The notes under the pieces were generated by a model, which did no database searches, was not told the origin of the DNA, and worked only from the letters and a program-made list of their open reading frames with translations. From a virus: 64,000 nt of DNA. Positions 1 through 9,488 of this stretch are shown here, piece after piece. Position numbers and translations under genes: made by a program. The stretch's first letter is position 1. Each line of letters begins with the position of its first letter. The stretch covers positions 4,462 through 68,461 of the IMG/VR virus record IMGVR_UViG_3300045119_000205. One strand, given 5' to 3'.

Positions 1-1
1 C

Positions 2-1642
2 AACCTGCTGGCGCCGGATAATCCCTACAAAGACATCACCATGGACACCCACGCGGTGGCGGCGGGCCTGCTGCGCCCGCTGGGCGGCAGTGCCACCGAG
101 GTGTCGCATAATTTCGGGTCGGGCAGCATGAAGGACCCGTATCCCGACGCCGTTGCCGACGCCAAGAAGAAGGGGCTGCCGCGCCCCAAGCGCTCCGACT
201 ACCCGGTGCCGCTGGCGGCCAAGAACTCGGCCGTCACCGGCATATCCGGCATGTATCCCTACCACGCCGATGCCGCGCGCAACGTGGCGGCGGACCTGCA
301 AATTCACCCTCGCGAATTGCAGTCGATCACCTGGGAAGGGGTGCGCGGCCTGTTCACCCCGGAGCAGAAGCGCAGCAAGAAATTTGTCGCGCATATCGAC
401 GGGATATGGGATAACGTCACGCATGGGCGGATCACCGCCGATGAGGCGCGGCAGCAGATCCTGGCCTTCGCCAGGGCAGATCCCGATCCTGAGAAGAATG
501 GAAAACTCAATGACCCAAGCTGGTTCAACCGAAACCGACCCGGTGATTCGAATCCTGAAAGAGAATGGGATTCCAGTTACCAGAGAGGAATACCTGAAGG
601 TGGCGCACATGGGGAACCCGCCGCCCTGGCATCCGGAACTGGAGGCGGACCTTCCGGAGCATTTACAGGACTGGAAGCTGAGGAAGTGGAGCGCCACGCC
701 CGCGCCCGCGATCTCGGGCGTGCAGTCCGCAAAGCACATGGAGCAGCAGGGCGTCGGGACGGGCTACCCGGAACTTACGCCAGAAGAGCAGGAAGAGTGG
801 GAGCGGACGACGTAGATCCGAGCTTCGGCGCTTCAGTACAGGGTATCCACGAGCCTCACCCCGAGGCGCAGAAAGTGTGGGACGCGGCGGGGATCTCTGC
901 CCCCGCGTTCCACGAACTGACACCGGGCGCGCGCAGCGCCGCCGTGTTCCACGACGCGGTGAACGCGGCCAAGGCGTCCAGCCCCAACGGGGCCGCGCTC
1001 ACCCCCTACGGACCCGAGCACTTCAAGGACATGAAGTTGTTCCTGTCGCCCGACAAGGCGACCGGGTTCGCGCTCAAGGGCGACGACATCGTCTCGGTGT
1101 TCAATAACAAGAAGCTGGCCAATCACCGCAACGTCGCCAATTCCATGCTGGATCTGGCAGTGCAGCAGGGCGGCAGGAAGCTCGACGCGTTCGATACCGT
1201 GCTGCCGCACATGTACACGCGCAATCGCTTCCACGCCGTCTCCAGGCTGCCATGGGATGACGCTGAAACCCCGGCCGGGTGGGACCATGAGGCGTTCAAG
1301 CAGTTCAACGGCGGGCGTCCCGACGTGGTTCACATGGTCTATGACCCCATCAAGCACGATTTCTACAACACCCGCGAGGGCGCCACGGCCCCGGATTACA
1401 ACGCCGCGCTGAAAATGCAGGGCCAGGGCGTCAAAACGATGAAAAAGCGCATCGACAAGCTCAAGATGTTCGATGAAAAGGCGGCCAGAAGGGCCGCGTT
1501 GAACGAAAAACGGGCCGAAATGGGACTTCCGCCCGTGGTGAAGACCAAAAAGAAGGCCGATGGAGGTGCCGTCGGCGCTTCCGGACCCGAAATCGAGCGC
1601 GCCTTGGTCGCCGCGCGCTATTACGCGGGCGGCTGGGCGTGA
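2..1642 (+). CDS. 5'-truncated polyvalent phage protein (glycosylase-like/HhH-GPD-like segment plus GNAT-like domain)
   Basis: Frame is open from base 2 (NLLAPDNPYKDITMDTH). TMDTHAV...RELQSITW segment, then FALKGDDIVSVF...GGRKLDAFDTVLPHMY...FHAVSRLPWD GNAT-like segment. Confidence 0.6.
   Translation, partial: NLLAPDNPYKDITMDTHAVAAGLLRPLGGSATEVSHNFGSGSMKDPYPDAVADAKKKGLPRPKRSDYPVPLAAKNSAVTGISGMYPYHADAARNVAADLQIHPRELQSITWEGVRGLFTPEQKRSKKFVAHIDGIWDNVTHGRITADEARQQILAFARADPDPEKNGKLNDPSWFNRNRPGDSNPEREWDSSYQRGIPEGGAHGEPAALASGTGGGPSGAFTGLEAEEVERHARARDLGRAVRKAHGAAGRRDGLPGTYARRAGRVGADDVDPSFGASVQGIHEPHPEAQKVWDAAGISAPAFHELTPGARSAAVFHDAVNAAKASSPNGAALTPYGPEHFKDMKLFLSPDKATGFALKGDDIVSVFNNKKLANHRNVANSMLDLAVQQGGRKLDAFDTVLPHMYTRNRFHAVSRLPWDDAETPAGWDHEAFKQFNGGRPDVVHMVYDPIKHDFYNTREGATAPDYNAALKMQGQGVKTMKKRIDKLKMFDEKAARRAALNEKRAEMGLPPVVKTKKKADGGAVGASGPEIERALVAARYYAGGWA
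498..815 (+). CDS. putative overprinted small acidic protein nested in an alternative frame
   Basis: ATG at 498 (alternative 510) after GAGAAG; protein-like sequence DPVIRILKENGIPVTREEYLKVAHMGNPPPWHPELEADLPEHLQ; local A-rich composition. Confidence 0.55.
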   Translation: MENSMTQAGSTETDPVIRILKENGIPVTREEYLKVAHMGNPPPWHPELEADLPEHLQDWKLRKWSATPAPAISGVQSAKHMEQQGVGTGYPELTPEEQEEWERTT

Positions 1643-1709
1643 AATCTTGCAAAAACTGCCAAAAACGCGTTGTTTGCGCGGGAAACCCTCCGCGAAGGAG
1701 CAAATTCGC

Positions 1710-2942
1710 ATGTCCGCAATGAGCCAGCAGGCGCGTAGCGCGATGAAAGCCAAGGCGCGCCGTCTTGGTGGCGGCAGTGACGCCAAAGGCATCACCGCGA
1801 GCAGTTGGACGCCGTCCGAGCCGCTCAATGCGACCGCGAAAACCGGCATGCGCCCCTTGTCGCCGCGCCAATACCGCCACGGCGGCATGGTGAAGGTGAC
1901 GGCGGGGCTGAAAGTGCCGGGACCGGCCACCGCCAAGCACGCCGGGCGCATCGCGCGCAAATGCGGCGGTTCCACTGGAGGGGGAGCGGTGACCGCTTAC
2001 ATCAACCGCGATGCCAAAGCGGCTAACGAGGAGCGCGAAGGCCTCAAGCATGTCGGCGGCATGAAAAGCGGTGGGGCGGCGAAGAAGCAGGATGGCGGCG
2101 AGGCGCAGGGCGTCGGGCCGCAGCCGTCGCAGAACGCGGGGCTGGCCGAGGCCACCCAGCGCTCCGGGGTGCCCGCCAGCCGCATGAGCTTCTCGCCCGT
2201 GCAGGCAGGCAAGCTGTCGCCCATGAACAAGGGCGGTGCCGCCGGGAAAGCGAACGGCGGTGAAACCACGCGCAGCGGCCAGCCCCGTGCGACGATGGAC
2301 GAGATCCGCGCCCTGTCGCCTGGGAAAACGGGCGCCTTGACCCGTGCCTGGAAGGCAAATGCCCCGATAAAAGTGCCGCCCAAGGATATCGCCAAGGCCA
2401 AGGGCGGGGCGCTGGCCGACGCCGATTTCAAGAAGGGCGGCAAGGTCAAGGCCAAGGTGAAGAGCGTCGTGATGGAAGAGCATGACGGGCTGAAGGCGGG
2501 CGGCGAAGCCAAATGCGGTGGTGGCCGCATCAAGCGCGCCTATGGCGGCATGCTGGGCGACAAGCACCACGAAGGCGGCGGCAAGAGCCGCTCTGCCAAG
2601 ACCAACGTCAACATCATCATCACGCAGGGCAAGCCCGAGGACGCGGGACTGGCGCCCCCTGGCGGCGGGATGCCGCCGCCGCCACCCAAGATCCAGGGGC
2701 CGCCGCCGCCCGGCGCCATGGGTCCGCCACCGGGCGGGCCGCCGCCGGGCGCGGGCGGGCCACCGCCGATGATGGGACCCCCGCCGGGTGCGGGTGGGCC
2801 GCCGGGCGCGGGCGGGCCGCCCATGCCGCCGCCGGGCATGATGCGCAAGCGTGGCGGGCGCACCAACCACAAATTCCTCAAGATGGAAGCCGGTGCCGGG
2901 AGTGGCGACGGGCGCCTGGAGAAGATCGAGAAATACGGGTGA
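1710..2942 (+). CDS. basic, low-complexity putative head-internal protein with repeated xxxGGx motifs
   Basis: SD AAGGAG at 1695-1700, ATG at 1710; Lys/Gly-rich with a Pro-Gly-Met tract. Confidence 0.7.
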   Translation: MSAMSQQARSAMKAKARRLGGGSDAKGITASSWTPSEPLNATAKTGMRPLSPRQYRHGGMVKVTAGLKVPGPATAKHAGRIARKCGGSTGGGAVTAYINRDAKAANEEREGLKHVGGMKSGGAAKKQDGGEAQGVGPQPSQNAGLAEATQRSGVPASRMSFSPVQAGKLSPMNKGGAAGKANGGETTRSGQPRATMDEIRALSPGKTGALTRAWKANAPIKVPPKDIAKAKGGALADADFKKGGKVKAKVKSVVMEEHDGLKAGGEAKCGGGRIKRAYGGMLGDKHHEGGGKSRSAKTNVNIIITQGKPEDAGLAPPGGGMPPPPPKIQGPPPPGAMGPPPGGPPPGAGGPPPMMGPPPGAGGPPGAGGPPMPPPGMMRKRGGRTNHKFLKMEAGAGSGDGRLEKIEKYG

Positions 2943-2954
2943 CCTGGGGGATGG

Positions 2955-3149
2955 ATGTTTACCACCGGCATCCTGTTTGAGCAGGAACTGCGCAAGGCGC
3001 TGGAAGACGAGATCGAGCAGCGCAAAGAGGAGCTTTCGTGGGGCGGGGCTGGAGTGGATTACCAGCGGGCGACTGGGGTGATTCAGGGCCTCCGCGCCGC
3101 CCAGGATATCTGCGACGAGGTCGCCAAGAAGGTAATGCTTACCCGTTAA
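2955..3149 (+). CDS. hypothetical protein
   Basis: 64-aa ORF with GGGGGA SD, lying between late genes. Confidence 0.7.
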   Translation: MFTTGILFEQELRKALEDEIEQRKEELSWGGAGVDYQRATGVIQGLRAAQDICDEVAKKVMLTR

Positions 3150-3160
3150 AGGATCAGCCT

Positions 3161-3553
3161 ATGGCGTTTGCCGTTATGAAGCACGACACCGACCCCAAGC
3201 TGGAGTTGGTCAAGGCGGTCGGTGACCTGAAGAATATTGAGATTTTCAACAACCAGATCTTGGTGGCGATCTACATCCGCCCCCAGGCGACCAAGGGCGG
3301 CATCCTGCTGGCCGACCAGACCCGCCGCGAGGATTCGGTCCAGGGCAAGGTCGGGCTGATCCTGAAAAAGGGCGCCTCCGCGTTCGTGGACGCCACCGCG
3401 AACTGGTTCACCGGCATCGATATCCGCGTCAACGACTGGATCTTCTTTCGCGCCTCCGACGGCTGGTCGCTGACCATTGGCGGCCACCCATGCCGCATTC
3501 TGGACGACGTGAACGTCAAAGGCCGTGTGCAACATCCCGATTTTGTATGGTGA
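3161..3553 (+). CDS. GroES-like co-chaperonin
   Basis: NQILV...TKGGILLAD...GLILKKG GroES-like motifs; SD AAGGA. Confidence 0.75.
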   Translation: MAFAVMKHDTDPKLELVKAVGDLKNIEIFNNQILVAIYIRPQATKGGILLADQTRREDSVQGKVGLILKKGASAFVDATANWFTGIDIRVNDWIFFRASDGWSLTIGGHPCRILDDVNVKGRVQHPDFVW

Positions 3554-3556
3554 TCC

Positions 3557-4447
3557 ATGGCACGTAAACCGAAAGCCGCCGAGGCTGAACTGCCGCTGGA
3601 GCCGCCTGTCGAGGCGCCTCCCGAGGGTGCGGTGGACGTTGTGGTCGAAACGGCGGCGCCCGAGCCTGAAAGGGACGACCTCGCCGCCAGCATCCAGACC
3701 CTGAAGGAGCAGCTAGAACGCGAGCGGCAGGCCCGCGTGGCTGCCGAGAAACGCGCCAATGACGCCGCCATGCGCGAGGTCAGCGCGCTCAATGAAACCG
3801 ACGACACCAACCTTCAGTTGATCAACAACGCCATCCACATGGTCAAGGGCAACACTGATATGCTCAAGGCCGAGTATGCCCAGGCGATGGAAAGTGGTGA
3901 ATACGCCCGCGCCGCCGATATCCAGCAGGGGCTGGCGGATAACGCGGCCAAGATGCTGCAACTGGAAACCGGCAAGGCGGCCGCCGAGCAGCAGCCCAAA
4001 CGGGCCGCGCCGCCGCCGGTACGTACTGTCACCGACCCGGTGGAGGACTTCGCGTCGCGCCTGTCACCGCGTTCGGCTGAGTGGGTACGGCGCCATCCGC
4101 AATACGCCACCAACGAGAAGCTCTTCAATAAGATGATCGCCGCCCATAACTACGTCACGGCTGACGGCATCGCGCCTGACAGCGACGAGTATTTCCGCGA
4201 GGTGGAGAGCATCCTGCGCATTGCCCCCGCCGAGGAAGAGGGTGACGCGTCGTCCTATCAGCCGTCGCAGGTGACCCAGCGACGGTCCTCGCCTGCGGCG
4301 GCCCCGGTGTCACGCTCATCGCCGGGGGAGCGTAACGTGATGCGCCTGAGCGCTGAGGAGCGCGAGATGGCGCAGATGATGAAGATGACTGACGAAGAGT
4401 ATGCCAAGAACAAGCTGGAACTGAAGCGCGCTGGAAAGCTGAATTGA
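3557..4447 (+). CDS. putative capsid scaffolding protein
   Basis: Acidic coiled-coil; C-terminal LSAEEREMAQMMKMTDEEYAKNK; lies upstream of the capsid gene. Confidence 0.6.
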   Translation: MARKPKAAEAELPLEPPVEAPPEGAVDVVVETAAPEPERDDLAASIQTLKEQLERERQARVAAEKRANDAAMREVSALNETDDTNLQLINNAIHMVKGNTDMLKAEYAQAMESGEYARAADIQQGLADNAAKMLQLETGKAAAEQQPKRAAPPPVRTVTDPVEDFASRLSPRSAEWVRRHPQYATNEKLFNKMIAAHNYVTADGIAPDSDEYFREVESILRIAPAEEEGDASSYQPSQVTQRRSSPAAAPVSRSSPGERNVMRLSAEEREMAQMMKMTDEEYAKNKLELKRAGKLN

Positions 4448-5088
4448 GGAAGAAGATGCCCGACCCTATCCGTCGCGTGCTCCCGCGTCCGGAGAACTCC
4501 CTTCGTCTGGATGCGACCGACGCACCTGTTTCACGTGAAACAGACGTGCAGGATGCCGCGCATTCGCAGGGGGATATCCAGAGCCGCCCGCCCTTGCGGA
4601 AGCCTGTGCGCGAGGAGAGTCCACGCGAGCGGGCGGCCAAGCGCGCCGCCGAGTTGCGCAGCCACCAGGGCGTGGATCTGGACTCCGTCAACGAGTTCTA
4701 TTTTCCGCCCGAGAGCATTCCCGACGGCTGGTCCTATGAGTGGAAGCGCCACACGCTGATGGGCAAGGAAGATCCGGCCTATCAGGTCGCCCTGGCGCGC
4801 GGCGGCTGGGAAGCGGTACCGGCCAGCAGGCATCCGGAGCAGATGCCCATCGCGGGGGCGCATCAGACCATCACCCGCAAGGGCATGGTGCTGATGGAGC
4901 GCCCGATGGAGATCACCGAGGAGGTGCGCAGGCGCGAGCAGTTAAAGGCGCGCAATCAGGTGCGGGCAAAGGAGGAGCAGCTAGGGGCGACGCCGCCCGG
5001 CACCTTTGATCGTACCGGTGATTCCAGGGTTCGCCCCAATATCAAGAAGACCTATTCCCCGGTGCAAATCCCGCCCAACAGTGAGTGA
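4444..5088 (+). CDS. conserved head-region hypothetical protein
   Basis: IPDGWSYEWKR...GWEAVP...GMVLMERP; start uncertain (4444 or 4456). Confidence 0.7.
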   Translation: MRKKMPDPIRRVLPRPENSLRLDATDAPVSRETDVQDAAHSQGDIQSRPPLRKPVREESPRERAAKRAAELRSHQGVDLDSVNEFYFPPESIPDGWSYEWKRHTLMGKEDPAYQVALARGGWEAVPASRHPEQMPIAGAHQTITRKGMVLMERPMEITEEVRRREQLKARNQVRAKEEQLGATPPGTFDRTGDSRVRPNIKKTYSPVQIPPNSE

Positions 5089-5229
5089 ATGTTTACAAAA
5101 CTGCACGGTTCGTGCTAGCGGCTAGGCCACGGTTGTTTAGCCGCCTCCGGTTGGCGGCCTCCCCTTTCCCGGCTCAAGCGTCACCCCGGTGTGTGATGTG
5201 CGGCTTCCTCTTCCGAGGAGTGGCATTAC

Positions 5230-5940
5230 ATGCCGAATATCAATGCGCCGTTTGGGTTCGCCCAGGTGACGGGGACGGGCGCGTCTCCGACGTTTGAGCA
5301 GGTACAACTGGCGATTAACCCGGCTGTCGGCACCAATGCGCAGATCTTCTGCAATGACCCCGTGGCGCAGCTTGCGACCGGGTTCATCTGCCAGCTTGGC
5401 ACGCAGGGCACCGCTGGCGTGCCCGCCGCCGGTTCGGGCAATTTCGTCGGCATGTTCACCGGCTGCAAATACCTTTCGGTCACCCAGAAGCGCATCGTGT
5501 GGTCGAACTACTATGCTGGCGCGGGTGATGTGAACACCGCTGCGGGCGTGGTCGCTTATGTGATCACCGACCCGGCGGCGCAGTATCAGGTGCAGACGGT
5601 CAACGCCCTGACCCCCACCACGACCACCAATCCGGTGGTGCAGGTGAGCGTGGGGATGAATGTCGGCATTGGCTACATGACCGGCACCGGCACCAATACC
5701 AACACGCTGGGCAACAACAACGGCAATGTCTTCAGCGGCATTTCGACGGCGTATGCCGATCAGAACTCAATCGCCACCACGCCCGGCTTGCCGTTCCGCA
5801 TCATGGCCATCGCCAACTACAGCGTGGAGGGACCGAATCTCTGGGGACAGGTCAGCGGCTACGATTACACGTCGCCTTACAACAGGATCGTTGTCGCGAT
5901 GAACAACACCCTCAACAAGCAGGGAACGACGGGCATCTGA
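5230..5940 (+). CDS. putative capsid decoration/head protein
   Basis: MPNINAPFGF start; SD GAGGAG; immediately upstream of the major capsid gene. Confidence 0.6.
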   Translation: MPNINAPFGFAQVTGTGASPTFEQVQLAINPAVGTNAQIFCNDPVAQLATGFICQLGTQGTAGVPAAGSGNFVGMFTGCKYLSVTQKRIVWSNYYAGAGDVNTAAGVVAYVITDPAAQYQVQTVNALTPTTTTNPVVQVSVGMNVGIGYMTGTGTNTNTLGNNNGNVFSGISTAYADQNSIATTPGLPFRIMAIANYSVEGPNLWGQVSGYDYTSPYNRIVVAMNNTLNKQGTTGI

Positions 5941-5964
5941 TCCCGCTGGAAAGGAACTCCTTCA

Positions 5965-6879
5965 ATGGCCGTCAATCTCTCTGCGATCAAAGACCTCCTG
6001 CTGCCGGGCCTGCGCGGCATCGAGGGCAAATACGAGATGATCCCTTCGCAGTACGACAAGATCTTTACCAAGCACGACAGCAAGATGGCGCTGGAACGCA
6101 CTGCCGAATTGCGCTTCCTGGGCCTCGCGCAATTGAAGACCGAGGGTGGGCAGACCCAGTTCGACAATGGTGCTGGTGAGCGCTACGTCTACAACCAAGA
6201 GCACACCGAGATCGGCCTGGGCTATGCGATCACCCGCAAGGCGGTGGACGACAACCTCTACAAGACGCAGTTCCACCCATCGAACCTTGGGATGATCGAA
6301 AGCTTCCAGCAGACCAAGGAAATTTACGGCGCCAACGTGCTGAACTCGGCGCAGACCTACAACCCGTCGGTCGGCGGTGATGGTGTGGCGCTGTGCAGCC
6401 TGACCCATCCCATCGACGGCAACACGGTGGGCAACACGCCCTCAGTGCAGGCCGACCTCAACGAAGCCTCGCTGCTCACCTCGATGGTTGAGGTGCGCAC
6501 CAACTTCCGCGATCAGGCGGGGCTGAAGGTGTTTGCCCGCGCCCGCAAGCTGATTGTACCGCCGCAGCTTGAAGCGGTCGCGATCCGGCTCACGCAGACC
6601 GAATTGCGCCCCGGCACGGCAGACAATGACGTTAACGCAATAATGTCCACGGCCGGTGGCTTGCCGGAAGGTTTCATGGTCAATGACTTCCTGACTTCGC
6701 AGTTCGCATGGTTCCTTTTGACGAATATCGATGGCCTTTCGTACATGGAACGTGTCAAGTTCGAAACGGACATGCAGGTCGATTTCGTTACAGATAACCT
6801 CCTGGTTAAGGGTTATGAGCGTTACAGCTTCAGCTACTACAACTGGCGTTCCGTCTACGGAAACTTCCCCACGTCCTAA
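5965..6879 (+). CDS. major capsid protein (Mu gpT-like, HK97 fold)
   Basis: LLLPGL, KTEGG, ARKLIVPPQL, NDFLT...WFLLT, YERYSFSYYNWR motifs; 304 aa. Confidence 0.85.
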   Translation: MAVNLSAIKDLLLPGLRGIEGKYEMIPSQYDKIFTKHDSKMALERTAELRFLGLAQLKTEGGQTQFDNGAGERYVYNQEHTEIGLGYAITRKAVDDNLYKTQFHPSNLGMIESFQQTKEIYGANVLNSAQTYNPSVGGDGVALCSLTHPIDGNTVGNTPSVQADLNEASLLTSMVEVRTNFRDQAGLKVFARARKLIVPPQLEAVAIRLTQTELRPGTADNDVNAIMSTAGGLPEGFMVNDFLTSQFAWFLLTNIDGLSYMERVKFETDMQVDFVTDNLLVKGYERYSFSYYNWRSVYGNFPTS

Positions 6880-6892
6880 GAGGGTCTGAACC

Positions 6893-7807
6893 ATGGCCAT
6901 CACTGCCCTATCAGGCCCGATGATCGTCTTCGGGCAGGACCCCACGGGGTCGAACCCCGACATAGCGCCATCGCTGTTCGCGGGCGGCGTCGGCATTGCC
7001 GATACCCGCCCAGCCTATGGCTACATGCCGGGCCAGGGGTCCGGACAGGCCACTGTCGGCTTCTCGCTCACCACCAGCATCATGACGCTCAACGCCGTGC
7101 CAGCGACCATGTCGGCCACCAACATCGCCACGTCCCAACTGCCGGTGCTGCAACAGGCCATCGTGCTCACCGCAGGCACGGGCGTCACCGGCAACGTCAC
7201 CGTCAACAACGCCGGTACCGGCCGCGCCGTGCGGCCGTGCCTCGCGCTGGATGGCGTGGCGGGGCGGATCTCCTACGGCACGTCAAACACCGTGCAGCTT
7301 TGGGACCCGGTGAAATCGCTGGCGCGCAACGTGCGCATCACCACGGCGGCGACCGATGTCGCGGTCTACCGGATACTGGGCTTCGACCTCTACGGCTACC
7401 CGATGACGGAAAACCTCCAGGCGGCGGGCGCGACGACGGTCAGCGGCAAGAAAGCCTTCAAATACATCCAGTCGATCACCCCGCTTGGCGCCGGGCCGGT
7501 GGGTGCCACGGTCACCGTGGGCACCGGAGACGTGTTCGGCTTCCCGCTCTACTCCAGCACCTTCTACGGCACCACCATGCCCGCCGACATCTCCATCGCC
7601 TGGGCCGGGGCGCAGATCACCTCCACCACCGGCTATCTGGCGGGTGACGGCACCAATCCGGCCACCTCCACCACCGGAGACGTGCGCGGCACATGGCCGG
7701 TGGCGTCGGCATCGGATAACGCCAAGCGGCTGATCCTCTGGCAAAGCCCGCTGGTGACCAACGCGCTGCTGCCCGGTTCCGGCCTATTCGGCGTCCCCCA
7801 GGTCTGA
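6893..7807 (+). CDS. structural protein
   Basis: GKKAFKYI, GTGDVFGFP, TSTTGDVRGT; follows the capsid gene. Confidence 0.65.
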   Translation: MAITALSGPMIVFGQDPTGSNPDIAPSLFAGGVGIADTRPAYGYMPGQGSGQATVGFSLTTSIMTLNAVPATMSATNIATSQLPVLQQAIVLTAGTGVTGNVTVNNAGTGRAVRPCLALDGVAGRISYGTSNTVQLWDPVKSLARNVRITTAATDVAVYRILGFDLYGYPMTENLQAAGATTVSGKKAFKYIQSITPLGAGPVGATVTVGTGDVFGFPLYSSTFYGTTMPADISIAWAGAQITSTTGYLAGDGTNPATSTTGDVRGTWPVASASDNAKRLILWQSPLVTNALLPGSGLFGVPQV

Positions 7808-7821
7808 AAAGGAACCGCGCC

Positions 7822-8088
7822 ATGTTCAAATTCGGCAAGGGCGGCGACAAGGACGACAAGAAGGGCGCCTTTGGCAAAGGCGGCAAAGGCGACAAGGACG
7901 ACAAGAAAGGCGCCGATTGCAAGGATGACGACCGCGCCAAGCGCAAGCTTGGCGGCCGGGTCGGGCCGCTCAAGGGGTCCGCTGCCATGCGCCACATCGA
8001 TACCACCAAGCGCGGCGGCGGTGGCTGCGACGCCAATCCGTTCACCTCGGCGCGGCACGGCACGCCCGCGACCGGGCGCCGTGTGTAA
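7822..8088 (+). CDS. small basic hypothetical protein
   Basis: SD AAGGA; duplicated GKGG..DKDDKKGA; RKLGGRV motif. Confidence 0.6.
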   Translation: MFKFGKGGDKDDKKGAFGKGGKGDKDDKKGADCKDDDRAKRKLGGRVGPLKGSAAMRHIDTTKRGGGGCDANPFTSARHGTPATGRRV

Positions 8089-8097
8089 CCACGTGAA

Positions 8098-8778
8098 ATG
8101 GCCGTCAACTCCTTCCAGGCATCCTTCGGCAGCCTAATCCTGCACGCGTTCCAACTGGTGGGGCTGCGCCCCACCTCGTTGGTGCAGGAGCACTTCGAAA
8201 GCGCCAGGATGGCGGCAAACCTGCTGCTGCTGCACTGGGCCAATGACGGGGTGAATTTGTGGCGGGTGGATCTGGTCACGGTGCCGCTGATCCAGGGGCA
8301 GGCGGTCTATCCGGTCGATTCCGATACCGTCACCATCCTCGACGCCTATTGCACCACCAACACGGGCGCCCTGATCTCCGACCGGCTCATGCCGTCGGTC
8401 AGCCGCAGCGAATATGCCAGCTACCCCAACAAGGAGCGCCAGGGGTCGCCCACCGTGTTCTGGCATAACCGCCTGTTGGATCAGACCGTGACGTTGTGGC
8501 CGGTGCCTGACGGCACGCAGGAGAGCTTCAGCTACTACCGGCTGGTGCAGAACGAGAGCGTCGCCATGATGAACGGCGTCTCGCCAGAAATCCCGCAGAT
8601 CTGGTATCCGGCCTTCGTCACCGGTCTGGCGGCGCAACTGGCGGTGATCTGGTCGCCCGAGAAAATGCCGATCCTCGCCCCCCTGGCTGCGGAAGCCTAT
8701 CGCAAGGCGGCTGAAACCAACGTGGAACTGGCACAGCAGTATATTGCCCCTATGATCTCCGGATATTTCAGGAACTAG
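8098..8778 (+). CDS. head-tail adaptor / tail tubular A-like protein
   Basis: WANDGVNLW, SRSEYASYPNK..QGSP, TLWPVPD. Confidence 0.65.
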   Translation: MAVNSFQASFGSLILHAFQLVGLRPTSLVQEHFESARMAANLLLLHWANDGVNLWRVDLVTVPLIQGQAVYPVDSDTVTILDAYCTTNTGALISDRLMPSVSRSEYASYPNKERQGSPTVFWHNRLLDQTVTLWPVPDGTQESFSYYRLVQNESVAMMNGVSPEIPQIWYPAFVTGLAAQLAVIWSPEKMPILAPLAAEAYRKAAETNVELAQQYIAPMISGYFRN

Positions 8779-8786
8779 GGGGTGCC

Positions 8787-9488
8787 ATGGCCTGGGCGAG
8801 CCGTCTGGGGCGGGCGAGGGTATCAGCCAAGAACCCGCAGGCGGCTGGCGTCTGTGACCGCTGCGGCTTCATCTGGACCCACAACACCATGCGGTTTCAG
8901 CATGAGTGGCGCGGTATCGCATTGCTGAACACGCGCATGCTGGTCTGCCGCCGTTGCGAGGACGAGCCGCAACAGCAATTGCGCGCCATCATCCTGCCCG
9001 CCGATCCGCCGCCGATCATGAATGCCAGGGTCAATACCTGGGACGAGTTCGTCCCCACCGTGCGCGCGCCCTCGGTGCCGCCAGTGATCGACCCGCGTAC
9101 CGGCATGCCGCTGCCGGTGGATTTCTCCCGGCAGGCGGAAGACGGGCAGAGCCGTGGGACGCAGCCGACCGGCCCCGCCGGGGTGCCGACCAACCCGGCG
9201 GCAGGGCGGATCTCCAGCAGCGGCCTGGAGCGCTGGGCGATCATGCCCGGCGTGCCGGGGATCACCGCATCGGGGCGGAAGCTGCCGGTGCTGTCGATCA
9301 TGTCGGTCGGCTCGTCGGTGATCACCGTCACCTGTTCCGCCCCGCACGGGCTGCGGTTCAACGATCAGGTTTCGGTCGAGGGACTGACCGACAACGAAGC
9401 CACCGGGTTCTATTCGGTCAGCCCGACAACGGCGACAGCGTTCACCTACATGACCAACACGCCGCGTCCGATGGGGTCGCTGCTATGA
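8787..9488 (+). CDS. structural protein with CxxC...CxxC motif and C-terminal beta (FCCH-like) domain
   Basis: CDRCGF...VCRRC; VTCSAPHGL...VSVEG...GFYSV. Confidence 0.6.
   Translation: MAWASRLGRARVSAKNPQAAGVCDRCGFIWTHNTMRFQHEWRGIALLNTRMLVCRRCEDEPQQQLRAIILPADPPPIMNARVNTWDEFVPTVRAPSVPPVIDPRTGMPLPVDFSRQAEDGQSRGTQPTGPAGVPTNPAAGRISSSGLERWAIMPGVPGITASGRKLPVLSIMSVGSSVITVTCSAPHGLRFNDQVSVEGLTDNEATGFYSVSPTTATAFTYMTNTPRPMGSLL

Noticed and set aside
540-560. TTCGAATCC tRNA T-loop-like sequence
   Set aside because: No cloverleaf; lies within coding sequence.
833-2870. Long minus-strand ORFs (833-1975, 1461-2870) and similar ones such as 14415-16496, 31665-33941 and 49609-51099
   Set aside because: Antisense shadows of high-GC coding genes; no recognisable motifs or RBS.
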